Positions 37,037 to 49,907 of a DNA stretch of 64,000 nt are shown one piece after another. The position numbers and the translations under genes are program-made. The notes below the pieces were generated by a model, which was not told the DNA's origin, made no database searches, and saw only the letters and a program-made list of their open reading frames with translations. How positions within the stretch are numbered: the first letter of the stretch is position 1; every line of letters begins with the position of its first letter. This DNA comes from Felis catus (Eukaryota), in the NCBI RefSeq assembly GCF_018350175.1, contig NC_058378.1:74462001-74526000 (forward strand). The letters run 5' to 3'.

Positions 37037-39227
37037 NNNNNNNNNNNNNNNNNNNNNNNNNNNNNNNNNNNNNNNNNNNNNNNNNNNNNNNNNNNNNNNN
37101 NNNNNNNNNNNNNNNNNNNNNNNNNNNNNNNNNNNNNNNNNNNNNNNNNNNNNNNNNNNNNNNNCTCCCCACCACGACTGCTTTGATTGAAGTCCCTTAT
37201 GGAAGGGACAGCTCTAAAACCGGCAAGTAGCTTCAATTTGATTTTTCAGTCCGATAACTTTTTCTGGAACCTCTTGTATGCAAACATCTTCATGGGACTT
37301 GGGGGGAAATGTGCAGCAAATGCCAGGGGAGAAGCTAACAATTTAGGCAATTTTTTTTTTTTTGCATGCCACTAAATGCTGAAAGAATGACTCTTCTTAA
37401 ACAGAAGAGGCAATAATTCTCTCATTTCTGCAGGAAAGCCTTGCTTTTCTACTCCTTGATGGCCTTGAGTTTTCTTGTGTATATATGCATCCGCCCCCAG
37501 TCCAGTCACCTAAAAAGCACCCACCTCAAAAACCTAGCACTAACGGCTTAATTTGACAATTTGTAGATGGTATTCTTATATTACCCTTTAAGACCTTCAT
37601 AATTAGTTTTTCTTTCGTGCAGTATTAAAGCATTAGAGGTCATAAATTCCGCAGTCACCTGTATCCATTTATTGCTAATTTATTATGGAACATATCATAA
37701 AACTTCCCTTGACATATAGGCCTCTTCATAACTATAAATCTTTTTTCAACTGTTTGGTTAACTTATTGTGTAAGTTCAAGAAGAGACCTTGAGGGGCAAA
37801 TATTTAAAACATCTATTTATTACGCATTAACGGCACACGGTGGATAACCATGTGAAGCCACGGCGAAGTATTCACTTACGTTCAGTATATTTATCACTTC
37901 AAACCCTCACAAAGATAAATTTGTTTTCAAGAGGGAAAAATGTTACCTGTCAAATAGCTGTTTTTATTAAGTGCTTTAAAATGTCCAGCTGAATAAAGCT
38001 ATCTTTCTAGTTAGTATAGAATACACAAAAAAAATGTTTCCATTGAGATTAAATTTGTCACTAGTAACCTCAGTTAAGTTTAAAAACGTTTCTGATGGTG
38101 AAGTTCTCCTCAGATGGCAAATGTATCATGTTCTTTGACAGAGACGTGTTGTTTGCTTCTGTTTCAACCAGGAAGATGATACACAATAAAGACTCACAGT
38201 TTACTGAACGAGTTTACCTTACAGCTTAAACTTCTGTATGGACGCAGATTGGTAGCATACACATTCAGAGAGAAGGAGAAAGGAAAAATCAGCTTGCTGG
38301 AAAACCAATTTGTCGAATGAGCAATTTGCTGAAAATCAAATAGTTTCCATGAATTTTGTCTCGTACTATCAGTAACCCTGATGCACGAGACGGCTGCCGA
38401 TCTCCCAGGGATTTCTTTTTTCTTTCAAAGCTTTCATTTGGTTTTTGTTTTTCTGCAGCTATAGTGGTTAACCAAACCAGAATATCATAGGCCATACTTT
38501 AGAAAAGGAAAATATCCTTGGATATTTCAAATTACAAATGTAGGTGCGTGGCCTGTCACGATTTATAAGCAACGGGATAGGTTTTGCTATTGACGTATTT
38601 TCAATCCAGCTTTCTGTACTTTCCTTAATTCGTTGTTTAGTTAATCAGACCAATACAATACAACCATTTCTGTGCGTTTTATTTAAGCTTCTGAGAAGAG
38701 CTCAATGTCTCAGGTGCTCAACGAACTTGACATTTAACTGAACCACACTGACAAGTCCACTGTAAATGCCTGGGGCAAAAGGCATACGGCAAAACTAAAA
38801 CCAAACTAAATCCAAAACTTGGAGAAACTCTTCGTCATTTTGTTACATGATTTGCTGAAATCTTGCTATGTTCTTTGGACAGCACATCCATGTGCAGAAG
38901 TAAAGATATGCCAAGAAGGAATTCCTATGTGCTAGTAGAAATTCAAACTACGAATTTGAACTACATTAGCCATAAATAAAGAACTATCCAAGAAAGAGTA
39001 AAGTGGTAGCCAGTCCTTAAAGAATGCTAAAAGATGGGAAAAGAAAAAGAAAAACAAATATAAAAATAATTACGAAGGTACAGGGGGCCACCCCATTGCC
39101 TATTAAATTTTGGCTTCCACTAGATAAAAACAGCACATCGAAGTTGCCACGTGACTTGGGAAAACGGTGAAATAATCCTAAAAAGGGCTAAAAGATTTCT
39201 CGAAATAGAATCAGGTATCAGAATAGC

Positions 39228-39444
39228 TTTTTTTTTTTTTTCTTTTTAGTGGCTATTCATTTTTGAGAGAGACAGAGCATGAGCACGGGAGAGGCAGAGA
39301 GAGAGGGAGACACAGAATCCAAAGCAGACTCCACGCTCCGTGCTGATGGCACAGAGCCGGACACAGGGCTCAAACTTGTGAACCGCAAGATCATGACCTG
39401 AGCCAAAGTCAGACGCTCAACCGACTGAGCCACCCAGATGCCCC
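39228..39444 (-). mobile_element. CAN-SINE (SINEC_Fc-like)
   Basis: Reverse-complement SINE ending ccgactgagccacccagatgcccc. atcagaata is repeated on both flanks. Confidence 0.92.
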
Positions 39445-39475
39445 AAGCATCAGAATAATTTTTAAAAATTTGTGT

Positions 39476-39841
39476 TGTATCATTCTGCTTGGATTGCCGT
39501 CACAGAACAGCACAGACTGGGTGTCTTAAACAACAAAAACGTATTTTCTCTTGGTCCTGGGGCTGGAAATTGAAGATAAAGTGTTGGTAGGGTTGGCTTC
39601 TGGTGAGATCTTTCTGGTCTCTTCTCACTGTGTCTTCACATGGCTTTTCCTCTGTGCAAACACTCCTGGGATCTCTTCCTCTTCTTCTAAGGACACTAGC
39701 CCTATCAGATTCAAGTCCCTTCCCTTTGACCTTATTTAACCTTAATTAGTTCCTTAGAGGTCCCACCTCCAAATACAATCCCACTGGGGGATTAGGGCTT
39801 CACCCTATGAGTTTGGTGGGGATATAATTCAGCCCATAACA
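39476..39841 (-). mobile_element. MLT1-type (ERVL-MaLR) solo LTR
   Basis: cacagactgggtgtcttaaacaac...ggggattagggcttcaccctatgagtttggtggggatataattcagcccataaca. The reverse complement starts tgttatgggctgaat, like MLT1A. Confidence 0.8.
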
Positions 39842-40259
39842 GTATACGTGACAAAATTTCTATACGAATTAAAAGTCATAAATCCTATGGTCACATATAT
39901 TCATTTATTATTGCTTTACTATGAATTCCTGGAAATTTTGTGGTTCCTTTTCTGAATATTAAGTATACACACGAGATTAAATTGCCATGTGATCTCTAGC
40001 TTCTGACAAATTTAACATACCTATTAAAGGTATGGAAATCATCCCCTGCATTACTAATTTATGCAAACTTTATGATAGGCAACGTAATCAAATTTTAAAT
40101 AATTCTGGTGAATTTTGTAAGTTTGGAAAATTGGTGATTCAAAGAATTAGCATTATTTGTAAATTATCCTTTGGCCACAAAAAAACACCTGAGGAATAAT
40201 AGTTGTCTTACCGTATCACAGTCAGCAGTAGAATAGTCTATACATTTCACAAAAGCATG

Positions 40260-40825
40260 TTCACAGCCTTATTGACATGTAATTCCCTGATGATACAATT
40301 CATCCATCTAGAATGTTCAATTCAGGGACACCTGGGTGGCTCAGTCGGTGAAGCGTCTGACTTCGGCTCAGGTCATGGTCTCGCAGTCCGTGAGTTCGAG
40401 CCCCGCATCGGGCTCTGTGCTGACGGCTCAGAGCCTGGAGCCTGCTTCGGATTCTGTGTCTCCCTCTCTCTCTGCTCCTCCCCTGCTCATGCTCTGTCTC
40501 TCTCTGTCTCAAAAATAAATAAAAACATTAAAAAAAATTTTAGAATGTTCAATTCAGATATATGCATGCAACCATCACCACAGTCGAGTTTAGAACATTT
40601 TCAACACTTCAGAAAGAAACCTTGTGCCCTCAGCTGTCAGCCCTCTATCCCCCATCAGTCTCCCCCAGCCCTAAGCAACTGCTAATCTACTTTCTGTCTT
40701 TATAAATTTGTCCTGTTCTGGACTTTCATATGAGTAGCATCATATGATAGGTGGCCTTTTGTGACTAACTTCTGCCACTTAGTGTGTTGTTGTCAAGGTT
40801 CATCCCTGTTGTGGCACGTGTCATG
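40260..40825 (-). mobile_element. Old L1 3' remnant, split by a SINE
   Basis: tgcaaccatcaccacagtcgagtttagaacattttc...ctaatctactttctgtctttataaatttg...gtcaaggttcatccctgttgtggca. Confidence 0.7.
40326..40540 (+). mobile_element. CAN-SINE with 17-bp perfect TSD
   Basis: TSD tagaatgttcaattcag at 40309-40325 and 40541-40557. Body is close to consensus. Confidence 0.95.
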
Positions 40826-41320
40826 GGTGTTCCATTGATTTTTCTTCTGGCTTCTCTCAAGATTTTTCCCTTTGTCTTTGGCTTTCTGCACTTAGAATCC
40901 TCTGTGTCCAAATGTAGCATTTTCCATAAGTATCTTGCTTGATATTCTCTGAGTTTCCTCTGTTTCGGTATGTGACATTAATTTGGGGGAAATTCACAGG
41001 GATCATTGCTTCCAAAATTGCCCCTGTGACTTTCTTCCTTCTCCTTCTGGTAGTCCCATTATGAGCATGTTACATCTTTTGTACATGTCACACAGCCCTT
41101 GAATATTCCGGTCCATCTTTTTCAGTCTTACTTCTCTTTGTTTTTCAGTTTTGGAAGTTGCTACTGGCAAATCCTCAGATGGTAACTCTGCGATTAATCG
41201 TTTGTTTTCCGAAGTGGTTGCACCATTTCACCTTTCCACCAGCAACGTGTGCAGGCTCTTATTTCTATACATCTGCTTCTATGCTTCTCATTACCGAAAA
41301 AAAATATTTAAGTTTATTTA

Positions 41321-41554
41321 TTTTTTTATTTTTTTTTTTAAATTTTTTTTTCAACGTTTATTTATTTTTGGGACAGAGAGAGACAGAGCATGAACGGGGG
41401 AGGGGCAGAGAGAGAGGGAGACACAAAATCAGAAACAGGCTCCAGGCTCTGAGCCATCAGCCCAGAGCCCGATGCGGGGCTCGAACTCACAGACCGTGAG
41501 ATCGTGACCTGGCTGAAGTCGGACGCTTAACCGACTGCGCCACCCAGGCGCCCC
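41321..41554 (-). mobile_element. Young felid CAN-SINE variant (GGCGCAGTCGGTTAAGCGTCCGACTTCAGCCAGG head) nested in the tail of another SINE
   Basis: Reverse complement reads ggggcgcctgggtggcgcagtcggttaagcgtccgacttcagccaggtcacgatctc, with a long A-rich tail. Confidence 0.93.
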
Positions 41555-41743
41555 TATTTTTTTTATTTTGAGAGAGAGAGAGAGGGAGGGAGGGGGCAGA
41601 GAGAGAGGGAGACAGAGAATCCCAAGCAGGCTCTGTGTCATCAGCACAGAGCCCGACCAGGGGCTTGAACCCACGAACTGCAAGATCATGACCCCAGCCG
41701 ACACCAAGAGTCAGACGCTCAACCGACTGCACCCAGGCGCTCC
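41555..41743 (-). mobile_element. Older CAN-SINE whose tail hosts the younger copy
   Basis: gagagagggagacagagaatcccaagcaggctctgtgtcatcagcacagagccc...acccaggcgctcc. The tail appears to continue at ~41301-41320. Confidence 0.88.
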
Positions 41744-41790
41744 TCATTGGTGAAAAGTTTTGATTCTTAACATAATTAAAAACAAATTTA

Positions 41791-42761
41791 TCCAAAATCT
41801 ATTAAAAAAAAACTTTTTCAAACTCAACACCCAAAAAACAAATAATCCAATGAAGAAATAGGCAAAAGACATGAATAGACACTTTTCCAAAGAAGATGTC
41901 CAAATGGCCAACAAACACATGAAAAGGTGTTGAACATCACTCCTCATCAGGGAAGTACGAATCAAAACCACAATGAGATAGCACCTCCCACCTGTCAGAA
42001 TGGCTGAAATTAAGGAGTCATTAAACAATAGATGTTAGCCCGGATGCAGAGAAAGAGGAACCCTCTTGCACTGTTGATGGGAATGCAAATGGGTATAGCC
42101 ACTCTGGAGAACAGTACGGAGGCTCCTCAAAAATTGAAAATAGAGCTACTCTATGACTCAGCAATTGCACTACTAGGTATTTATCCAAAGGATACAAAAA
42201 TGCTGATTCAAAGGGGCACATGCAACCCGATGTTTATATCAGCACTATCAACAATAGGCAAAGTATGGAAAAAGCCCAAATGTCCATCAACTGATCAATG
42301 GATAAAGAAGATGTGTCTATATATAGGCAATGGAATATTATTTGGCAGTTAAAAAGAACGAAGTCTTGCCATTTGCAACAACATGGATGGAACTGGAATG
42401 TATTATGCTGAAGCAAAATAAGTCAGGCAGAGAAAGATAAATATCATATGATTTCACTCATATGTGGAATTTAAGAAACAAAACAGATGAACACAGGGGA
42501 AAGGAAGGAAAAATAAGATGAAAACATAGAGTGAGGCAAACTATAAGAGACTCTTAAATACAGAGAACAAATTGAAGGTTGCTGGAAGGGTGTTGGGTGG
42601 GGGGATGGGCTAAATGGGTGTTGGCCATTAAGAAGGGCACTTATTGAGACGAGCACTGGGTGTTACATGTAAGTGATGAATCACTAAATTCTACTCCTGA
42701 AATAATTATTACACTATATGTTAACTAACTTGGCTTTAAATAAAATGAAAAAAAAAGAGAG
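41791..42761 (+). mobile_element. 5'-truncated carnivore L1: decayed ORF2 C-terminus, 3'UTR and polyA
   Basis: aactcaacacccaaaaaacaaataatcca...cacttttccaaagaagatgtccaaatggccaac. The ORF-track peptide [23 protein letters not shown]...WKKPKCPSTDQWIKKM is L1 ORF2 C-terminal. Candidate TSD acaaattta at 41782-41790 and 42762-42770. Confidence 0.92.
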
Positions 42762-42774
42762 ACAAATTTAATTT

Positions 42775-43575
42775 TTTTTAAATGTAATTTAAAGCACACA
42801 CAACATAAGATTTACCAGAGTAACCACTTTTCAGTTCAGTAATCTTACGTACATTTGCACTGTTACTCAACCAGTCTTCAGAATTCTCTTCATCTTGCAA
42901 AACCAAAACTTAATACCAATTAAATGGCAACTCCGCATTCCCTTTACTCCCAGTTCCTGGAAACCATCCATTCTACTGTTTGTCTCTACGAGTTTGACCA
43001 CTCTAGGTACTTCATATATAGAATCATATCATATTTGTCTTTTTGTGACTGGCTTATTCCACGTAGCATAATGTCCCCAAGATTCATCCACGTTGTAACA
43101 GGTGTCAGAATTCTTTTCCTTTTTGAGGTTGAATACTATTCCATTGTATGTGTATTCCACACACATTTTTTTCGGTCCATCCATCCATTTTGTTTGTGCA
43201 TCCATCCACGGACACATAGGTTACCTCCACCATTTGATGATTATGAATAATGTTGCCATGAACATGGGCGTTCAAATATCTCTTAGAGACCTTGCTTTCA
43301 ATTCTTTGGTGTATATACCCAGAAGTAAAGTAGCTGTGTCACATAATAATTCTATTCGTGATTTTTTTAAGAACTGCCATACTGTTTTCCATAGTGGCTG
43401 CACCCTTCCCCATTTCCACCAATAGTGCACAAGTGTTCCAATTTCTCCACATTCTTGCCAACTCTTGTTATTTTTTTGTTTGTTTGTGATAGTGGCCAAC
43501 CCAATGGATGGGAAGTGATAGCTCATTGTGGTTTTTATTTGCATTTCCCTGACAATTAGTGATATTGAGCTCACC
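42775..43575 (-). mobile_element. Older L1 (L1MA/MB-like) 3' end, antisense
   Basis: The minus-strand peptide IVREMQIKTTMSYHF...WQECGEIGTLVHYWWK...QPLWKTVWQFLKK is an L1 ORF2 cysteine-rich region remnant. Confidence 0.88.
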
Positions 43576-44600
43576 TGTACAATGGGCCCATGAGATTTCA
43601 ACCATAAGACAAGATTCAATGAGACTCATCAGGGTCTCTAAGAAAAATCCAGTTCCCATCCAGGCCAAAATCTGTTTACAAGTAACCTAAATTACCTGGG
43701 ATGGTAACAGGCTTTCTTTAGTGGTTGAGAATCTATTAACCCTGGGAAGATTCAGAATTACTAAAGAAAAGATTACAATGATTAACATTAAAGTATTACT
43801 ATTTAGCGGTTAAGAAAAAAACACTCATATTTGTTATTTTATGTACTTGGCCTATTAGGAATGACAGTCTTAGAACTTCAATTTAAATTTGTAATTTAAA
43901 AAATTAAAATAAAAACGTTTAAATTTAAAAATCAAATTAAACTGAAATTCCTGCATCCTGAACATTCCTTGGTTTAGCAAGATTGGCCATTTAATTTAGA
44001 CCTGAGTTTTTAAAATGAAATCTTACTAAACTCATGGACAATACTGTATCATTCCAGAGAACTTTAGTGTTACTGTGTCTTTAAATTTAATGTACTAAAT
44101 ATATAAAAGCTATGTAAGTCTATACTGGGGTTTTGATAATTCAGATAATTGAAGTACTTAAAGTAGAAATATATTAAATTTATAAGCAGAGCTTATGGTG
44201 TTAGAAGGTGTTTAACCAATGAAACCAAACATTATTTTAAACCCCTTTGAAAAACTTGTTAATATTTGTTATACATGGACTGAAGAGATTCTTAAGTTTA
44301 AGGTTTTCCTTCTGTAAATTGGATACCAATTGTTTACAGCAAAAATAAATTCAGAAACAGTCTTTCGAATACACTAAAGCTACACTAAAGGACACCAGAA
44401 ACTGATGTCAACTATAACCCAAGATGTTTGAAAATATTTCCACTTAGGGAGTTTCACAAGGAGTCAGATTATCCTGGTAACTTGGGGCCCAATACTGTTT
44501 GCCAAGTAAATCAACAGAACATGTCAATTACCATAAGTATATACGCTTTTGGAATGAAAACACATCCTTTTTGAGATCAAGGAGGTCAATCCAAATTGCT

Positions 44601-44639
44601 TTTTGTTTTGTTTCGTTTCGTTTCGTTTCGTTTTGTTTT
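44601..44639. repeat. (GTTTC/GTTTT)n pentanucleotide repeat
   Basis: ttttgttttgtttcgtttcgtttcgtttcgttttgtttt. Confidence 0.85.
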
Positions 44640-46667
44640 AGATGGCTTACTTTAGCCATTGAGAAACCAACATTTACCAACGTTCAACCAAAAAACAGAT
44701 TCAGCACTCACCTTGTCTTAATGAAGTACTTACTGCTTCTGTAATGTGTCTCAAGACCAGTGAGGCTGGAAACCCATTTTAAGAATTTGGAAACCTCATT
44801 ACAATGTACTCTTTTAGCATTGCATATACTTTAGCCTGAAAAGGAACTACCCTTTAAACACTCACATTTATTTTATTTGTAATTTTTGATACATTTCTCT
44901 GACAGAAATTATCTTCAGAAATGTGGTTCATCCTGCAAGCTTTTCCAAAGTGGTAATTCCAGCAAGAAATCTAAGAAAACACGATGTCTAAAGAACCACT
45001 GAGCTGTAGTCAGCAGTATTTACAGGCCCCTGGATTCGTGCAAGGTCTTTTCATGCTGCGACAAGCTTCAAACCAAGTCTCCAGCCCATTATCTTCTTTG
45101 GGGAAGGCTGGCAGCGAGTACTTACTGGAGATACCACCGCCAGATGACCAGCGACCATTGTTTCCTACCTGCTTCTCTGTTATATACCTATCTCTGAAGT
45201 ATGTCCCATTAAAGCATGATTCGTGGCTACTGGCTTATTGAGATCGAAAAACAAGAGAAAGACAGCATTGTGCCTTCCTCTAAAGGAACACCACGTGCAT
45301 TTGGCCTGTTGCGATGTTACAGAGAAGCCTTGCAAAACTCAAAATTCGCAACAAACTTTCACCCTATTACACCAGAGTAGACTGACAATCTGGGAGACAA
45401 AAATCTCATTTTATTCTACGTTGCCGAAACCCAACCTTAAGTATTAAATATTTCTTTCGAGGAAAAGTTATAACATTTTAAAAGGTGGCTTATTTTATTA
45501 TGAGGCATGTGCTACTATATTCAAGATACCTGCAGCCTTCTCATTCATCCTTATAGTTTAAACGTATCATGGCTAAAGGAAAAAGGCTAGATTAATGAGG
45601 CTTTTTTTTTTTTTATCAACATGAGCCTGAAATGTCTTTGAAAACCCTGCTATAGAGCATATTATAAAGGACAGACTTTCTGAAAGATTAATATTTATTT
45701 TTATAAAGAATGATTTCTTAAATTATAGTTTTAAAACATTAATAATTGCCAGTGCTTTCAAACAGACTTCCTTTTATCAAGGAGCTGGAATCTTTTGGTT
45801 CCCTAGACCTCCTTGATCTTAGTCTGTATGAATTGTTTAGTTTTATTTGGTGCCACAGGGACTCCTCCAAACTTATCAGAAGCCTCAGTTTAAGACAGAA
45901 AAAGAGAGGCTCAGAACATGTAAATATAATACTGTTAATGTTTTCCACGTTTGTGATTCGAAGGTCAAANNNNNNNNNNNNNNNNNNNNNNNNNNNNNNN
46001 NNNNNNNNNNNNNNNNNNNNNNNNNNNNNNNNNNNNNNNNNNNNNNNNNNNNNNNNNNNNNNNNNNNNNNNNNNNNNNNNNNNNNNNNNNNNNNNNNNNN
46101 NTTATGTATTCCAATGATCTATCTCATATTGTACCTTTAACTTTGGATCACTATGAGAATGGATATGCGTGTGATTCTTTGCAGTCATCAATATAAGATA
46201 TTTCCTTTGTTCAAAAACCATGTCAGTTTATAACATTAACAATGAAAGTTAGTAAAATAAACTTTAGGGCTTAATAGTGAAATAATTAAAAGCCAGTTTC
46301 CCCCTACTCGTTATTTAAAAATAGCCTGGTTTACAGCGGAACTCACATGCTATGCCATATATCACAAGGCCTGGCCATACATCCTGGCTTCTGACACTAT
46401 CTGATTTGTAGACCAGCAATAACCAGAATTAGAAAAAAAAAAAAAAAAAGGCCCCAAGGTAAACTCAGACAGCTTCAGCTCACCAAGCCCTTTCGTTTTG
46501 AGAACATATTGAATTCATGTCCCATTCAGCGGTGAGTGGTGAAGAAACTAAAGTGAAGCTGTAGGAGTGTTGCAAGATGCCTTTGTTTGACCCAAGCCTT
46601 CATTTGGGACAAAGCTGGCACTGATGTCCGTCTCAGGAGACTGGGAGTGAAGATGGAGAGATTTGAA

Positions 46668-46851
46668 TTTATTTTTGAGAGAGCGAGAGCGAGAGAGCGA
46701 GCAGGGGAAGGACAGAGAAAGAGGGAGACACTGAATCCGAAGCAGGCTCCAGGCTCCGAGCTGTCAGCACAGAGCCCGACGCGGGGCTCGAACTCACGGA
46801 CCACGAGACCATGACCTGAGCTGAAGTCAAATGCTTAACCGACTGAGCCCA
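46668..46851 (-). mobile_element. CAN-SINE (SINEC_Fc-like), head slightly truncated
   Basis: gaagcaggctccaggctccgagctgtcagcacagagcccgacgcggggctcgaactcacg...gcttaaccgactgagccc. Confidence 0.9.
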
Positions 46852-47694
46852 AGATGAAGTGGTTTGGCAGCTACTTCTTCTGCCTACGGGCCTTGCTCCT
46901 TCCATCACCTCCACCTGGTAGCCTTTCTCCACCTTAAACTCGAACTTGGATGGGAGTAAGAATTCAAAATACAGCTGAAGATGTTCAAAGCTCCCTCTTC
47001 TCAATTACAGACCCGGACCGCATGCCTCTCGGAAGGGCAAGCTCATCTTCCTTCTTCTCCTATGAAATACATCCTTACCGAGCCAAACCTACTTCCCTTA
47101 CCTAAGGTCGTAAGCAGGGTTTTATGTCAGCCTTCGCCCCGGAGTCCGTCTAGATCCCACTGGGCTGTGAGGACTCTGGCTGCTAGAATGGCTCATGCTT
47201 GCACAGAAAAGCCCAGATTTCGATACTCGGGAGAAATGAACATTTCTCAGCATTCTTTCCGCATGAACTTCATGGTATCATTTGTCATGGTGCTTTACCA
47301 GCAACGTACTTTTTGGATATTCTATGTGCTGTGTATCATAAATCTCAACCAAAGATGTTAAGTCTCGTTTTTAAGACATGGCAAAGAATATCTCACCTCC
47401 TCCCCTTATTTGGTGGGTGACTTAGATGGCATGGGGAGGATGAGAGTTCAAACTCACTCCATGTTAACCTTCTCCTGAAATTAGGGGAATATTTCCAAGT
47501 AGAATTCCTTTCCTTGTGACAACATTTTGACTTGTCAGGAGCCAAAGAAATCTTCTGCTGCAGCGTTTGCCAAATTACGTTCTGGACACATCAATTAGCA
47601 CATGTGGCCAAGTAAGTTTGAGAACTTTGCGCTAAAGAAAGCTGAAGATGTTTCTTTGCGGAGCCTCGGAGACAGCAGATCGGAGCGCTTGCGA

Positions 47695-47900
47695 GTGTAG
47701 ACTCTGGAGCTTCTGGTGGTCTGACTCCCGACCCCACCACTGACTGCCAGGTTAATCTCTCTGTACCTCAGTTTCCTCATCTGCAAGACAGAGCTAGAGA
47801 CGGGGCATATCTCTCAGGAGAGTTGCGAGAATTATTTGAGTTCATAGGTGTGAAGCCCTGACACGAAATAAGCACCTTGTACAAATTCGTTTTATAGTAA
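47695..47900 (+). mobile_element. MIR remnant
   Basis: ttaatctctctgtacctcagtttcctcatctgcaa matches the MIR core. Confidence 0.75.
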
Positions 47901-49153
47901 TAATTCGTGGTATTTATCACTATCGCTAAGTTTTCAAAGCGGAGGTGAAAGAGTCAGCCTTCGCCAACCTTATTCACTCAGTAATTCAACGTCTCCTGCC
48001 CAGGAGAAACAACCTCAGCGAGAGAGAGGGTTTGAGTGCTAACTGGTCAAGAAAAAAGGGTGGCATCCTTACCCTTGTTGATTTGGGCTATTTGTGGCTG
48101 CGGCCTAGCATTATTGGGTACTTGTTCATTCACTTTCTGCTGGTTTTAAAGATAAGATCAGAGCAGATTTTGAGGACTATCCCATAGAAAGACTAAAACG
48201 ATTTTACCAGTTCATCCCTGCGGGCTTTCCCGGAAGTCTGAGGTGGGGAGGGAGGGGACAGACATTTTGAGAACACAAATCTAGAAATGTACACATCGTC
48301 CTTATTCCTTCGTTTATTCACCAAATGTTGGTGGCGCATCTACCGTATGCCGGGGAATGTTCTAGACACTGGGGATATAGCGGTGGGTAAAAGTGACAAA
48401 CCTACCAGCACCCACGGAGTTTGGGTTCTGGTGATCACCAGCATTCAGAGAACAGAAACCAAGAAAAGCCACCATCAAGTTACTGGCATGTCTCTAAGAT
48501 TTCTGAATACATCTTAAAAAAAAAAAAAAAAGTGAAGAAATGGCAAATTCAGTATCTCTAAATTTTAGTGAACTTTAAACAACTTTTTTTTTTAACAAGT
48601 TAGTGCTTATAACACAAAATAAATACAAAAACAGTATGTTGAATCTCTTTTAGGTGGACATTCAGGCCCTGGTTTAGGCCAGAAGGCGGCTCCTACAGGC
48701 TCCCCACTACCCACTACCCATTTCATCCCACCTTGAACTTGTGCTGAGTCCCAACCTTAATTAGAATTCAATCAACTCATCTGCCTTTTTTAGGCCGAAA
48801 TCATGACATTCCTCTTTTCCCTTTAGCTCTGGTTCAGAATAAACCTCTCAGAATTTTAGTTTGTAACTTCTGTAAATGAGAATCTTTCATTTAATGACCG
48901 TGTGAAATAGTGTATTAACATTCAAGAGACATGGTTGATTTTTTTTTTTTTTCATCATTTAAAGACAGCCGAACGCATCTCTGGCTCAGACTAGACTCAG
49001 GTCCTGTGATAAGATTTAGAAGGATGGCTACACTTTAACTCCCTAATTCTTTATTTATGGAATGCAATTTTGGCACATGGTAACAGGTATGATAGTGAAA
49101 TGAATTTCCCCTTAACAAAATTATGTAAGGTTTGTTGTTTGTTTTGTTTTGTG

Positions 49154-49183
49154 GTGTGTGTGTGTGTGTATGTGTGTGTGTGT
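49154..49183. repeat. (TG)n microsatellite
   Basis: Read directly. Confidence 0.85.
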
Positions 49184-49907
49184 GGAATTTGCTAACAAGG
49201 ATTAGGTAAATACAGGACAGTGACACTTGAGTATGTCAAAAACTCTGAAGATCAGATGTGAATGACAAGTTCACGAAACATATCTGGAGCTTCTGTTTAT
49301 GTGTCTTATCTTTTTGCCTTCGAAGGCCAAACAGCATAGGGGAGAAATTCTGCAGAGCGTGGGGAAAAACTGACTTTTTCAAGTGCACGTGCCCTTTGGT
49401 CACCTCTCCCTCTCCAACATCCTGCCAGGTCTCTGTTCCTCCCCAGTCCTTCTGTGAATGGCGAGGAGGTAGAGGGATGAATGAATGAATGCATACCAAC
49501 CACAACAAAGCACCTAACCTCCCCATGCACACATAATTGCATACACGCCTATTTTCCTTATCTGTTCTATTGCAGGTTATTGAGTATAAAGGAGGAAAAA
49601 ATATCTAGAGAGCAAACTGTTCACTTGGAACCACATTTTTGATCGGTTGATTAATTTCATAGTTTTCCATTTTTTAAACAACGGAGTCCAGGGACACACA
49701 ATTCACAATATATTCCAGTCTAGTGACATTTCAAGAAAGTAACGGTCTTATTTCAGAAGTGTCTTCAGAGCGAAGTAGGTTCACTTTGCAGAGGAACAAA
49801 ACTCTCCTGGGCATTTCTGAACGTTCCACTCAAGACCGAGATGAATCCAAAACGGGCTCCACAGATGTGATTGTCGCACAATCTCTCTCTCTGCCCCTCC
49901 CCTGCTT

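Noticed and set aside
40203-40685. Recurring peptides such as GHLGGSVG...EFEPRIGLCADSSEPGACFGFCVSLSL and WVAQSVKRPTSAQVMIS in many ORFs
   Set aside because: These are translations of CAN-SINE copies, not a gene family.
42032-42352. 106-aa ORF with L1 ORF2 similarity
   Set aside because: Fragment of a 5'-truncated L1 with stops and frameshifts; it cannot encode a functional ORF2.
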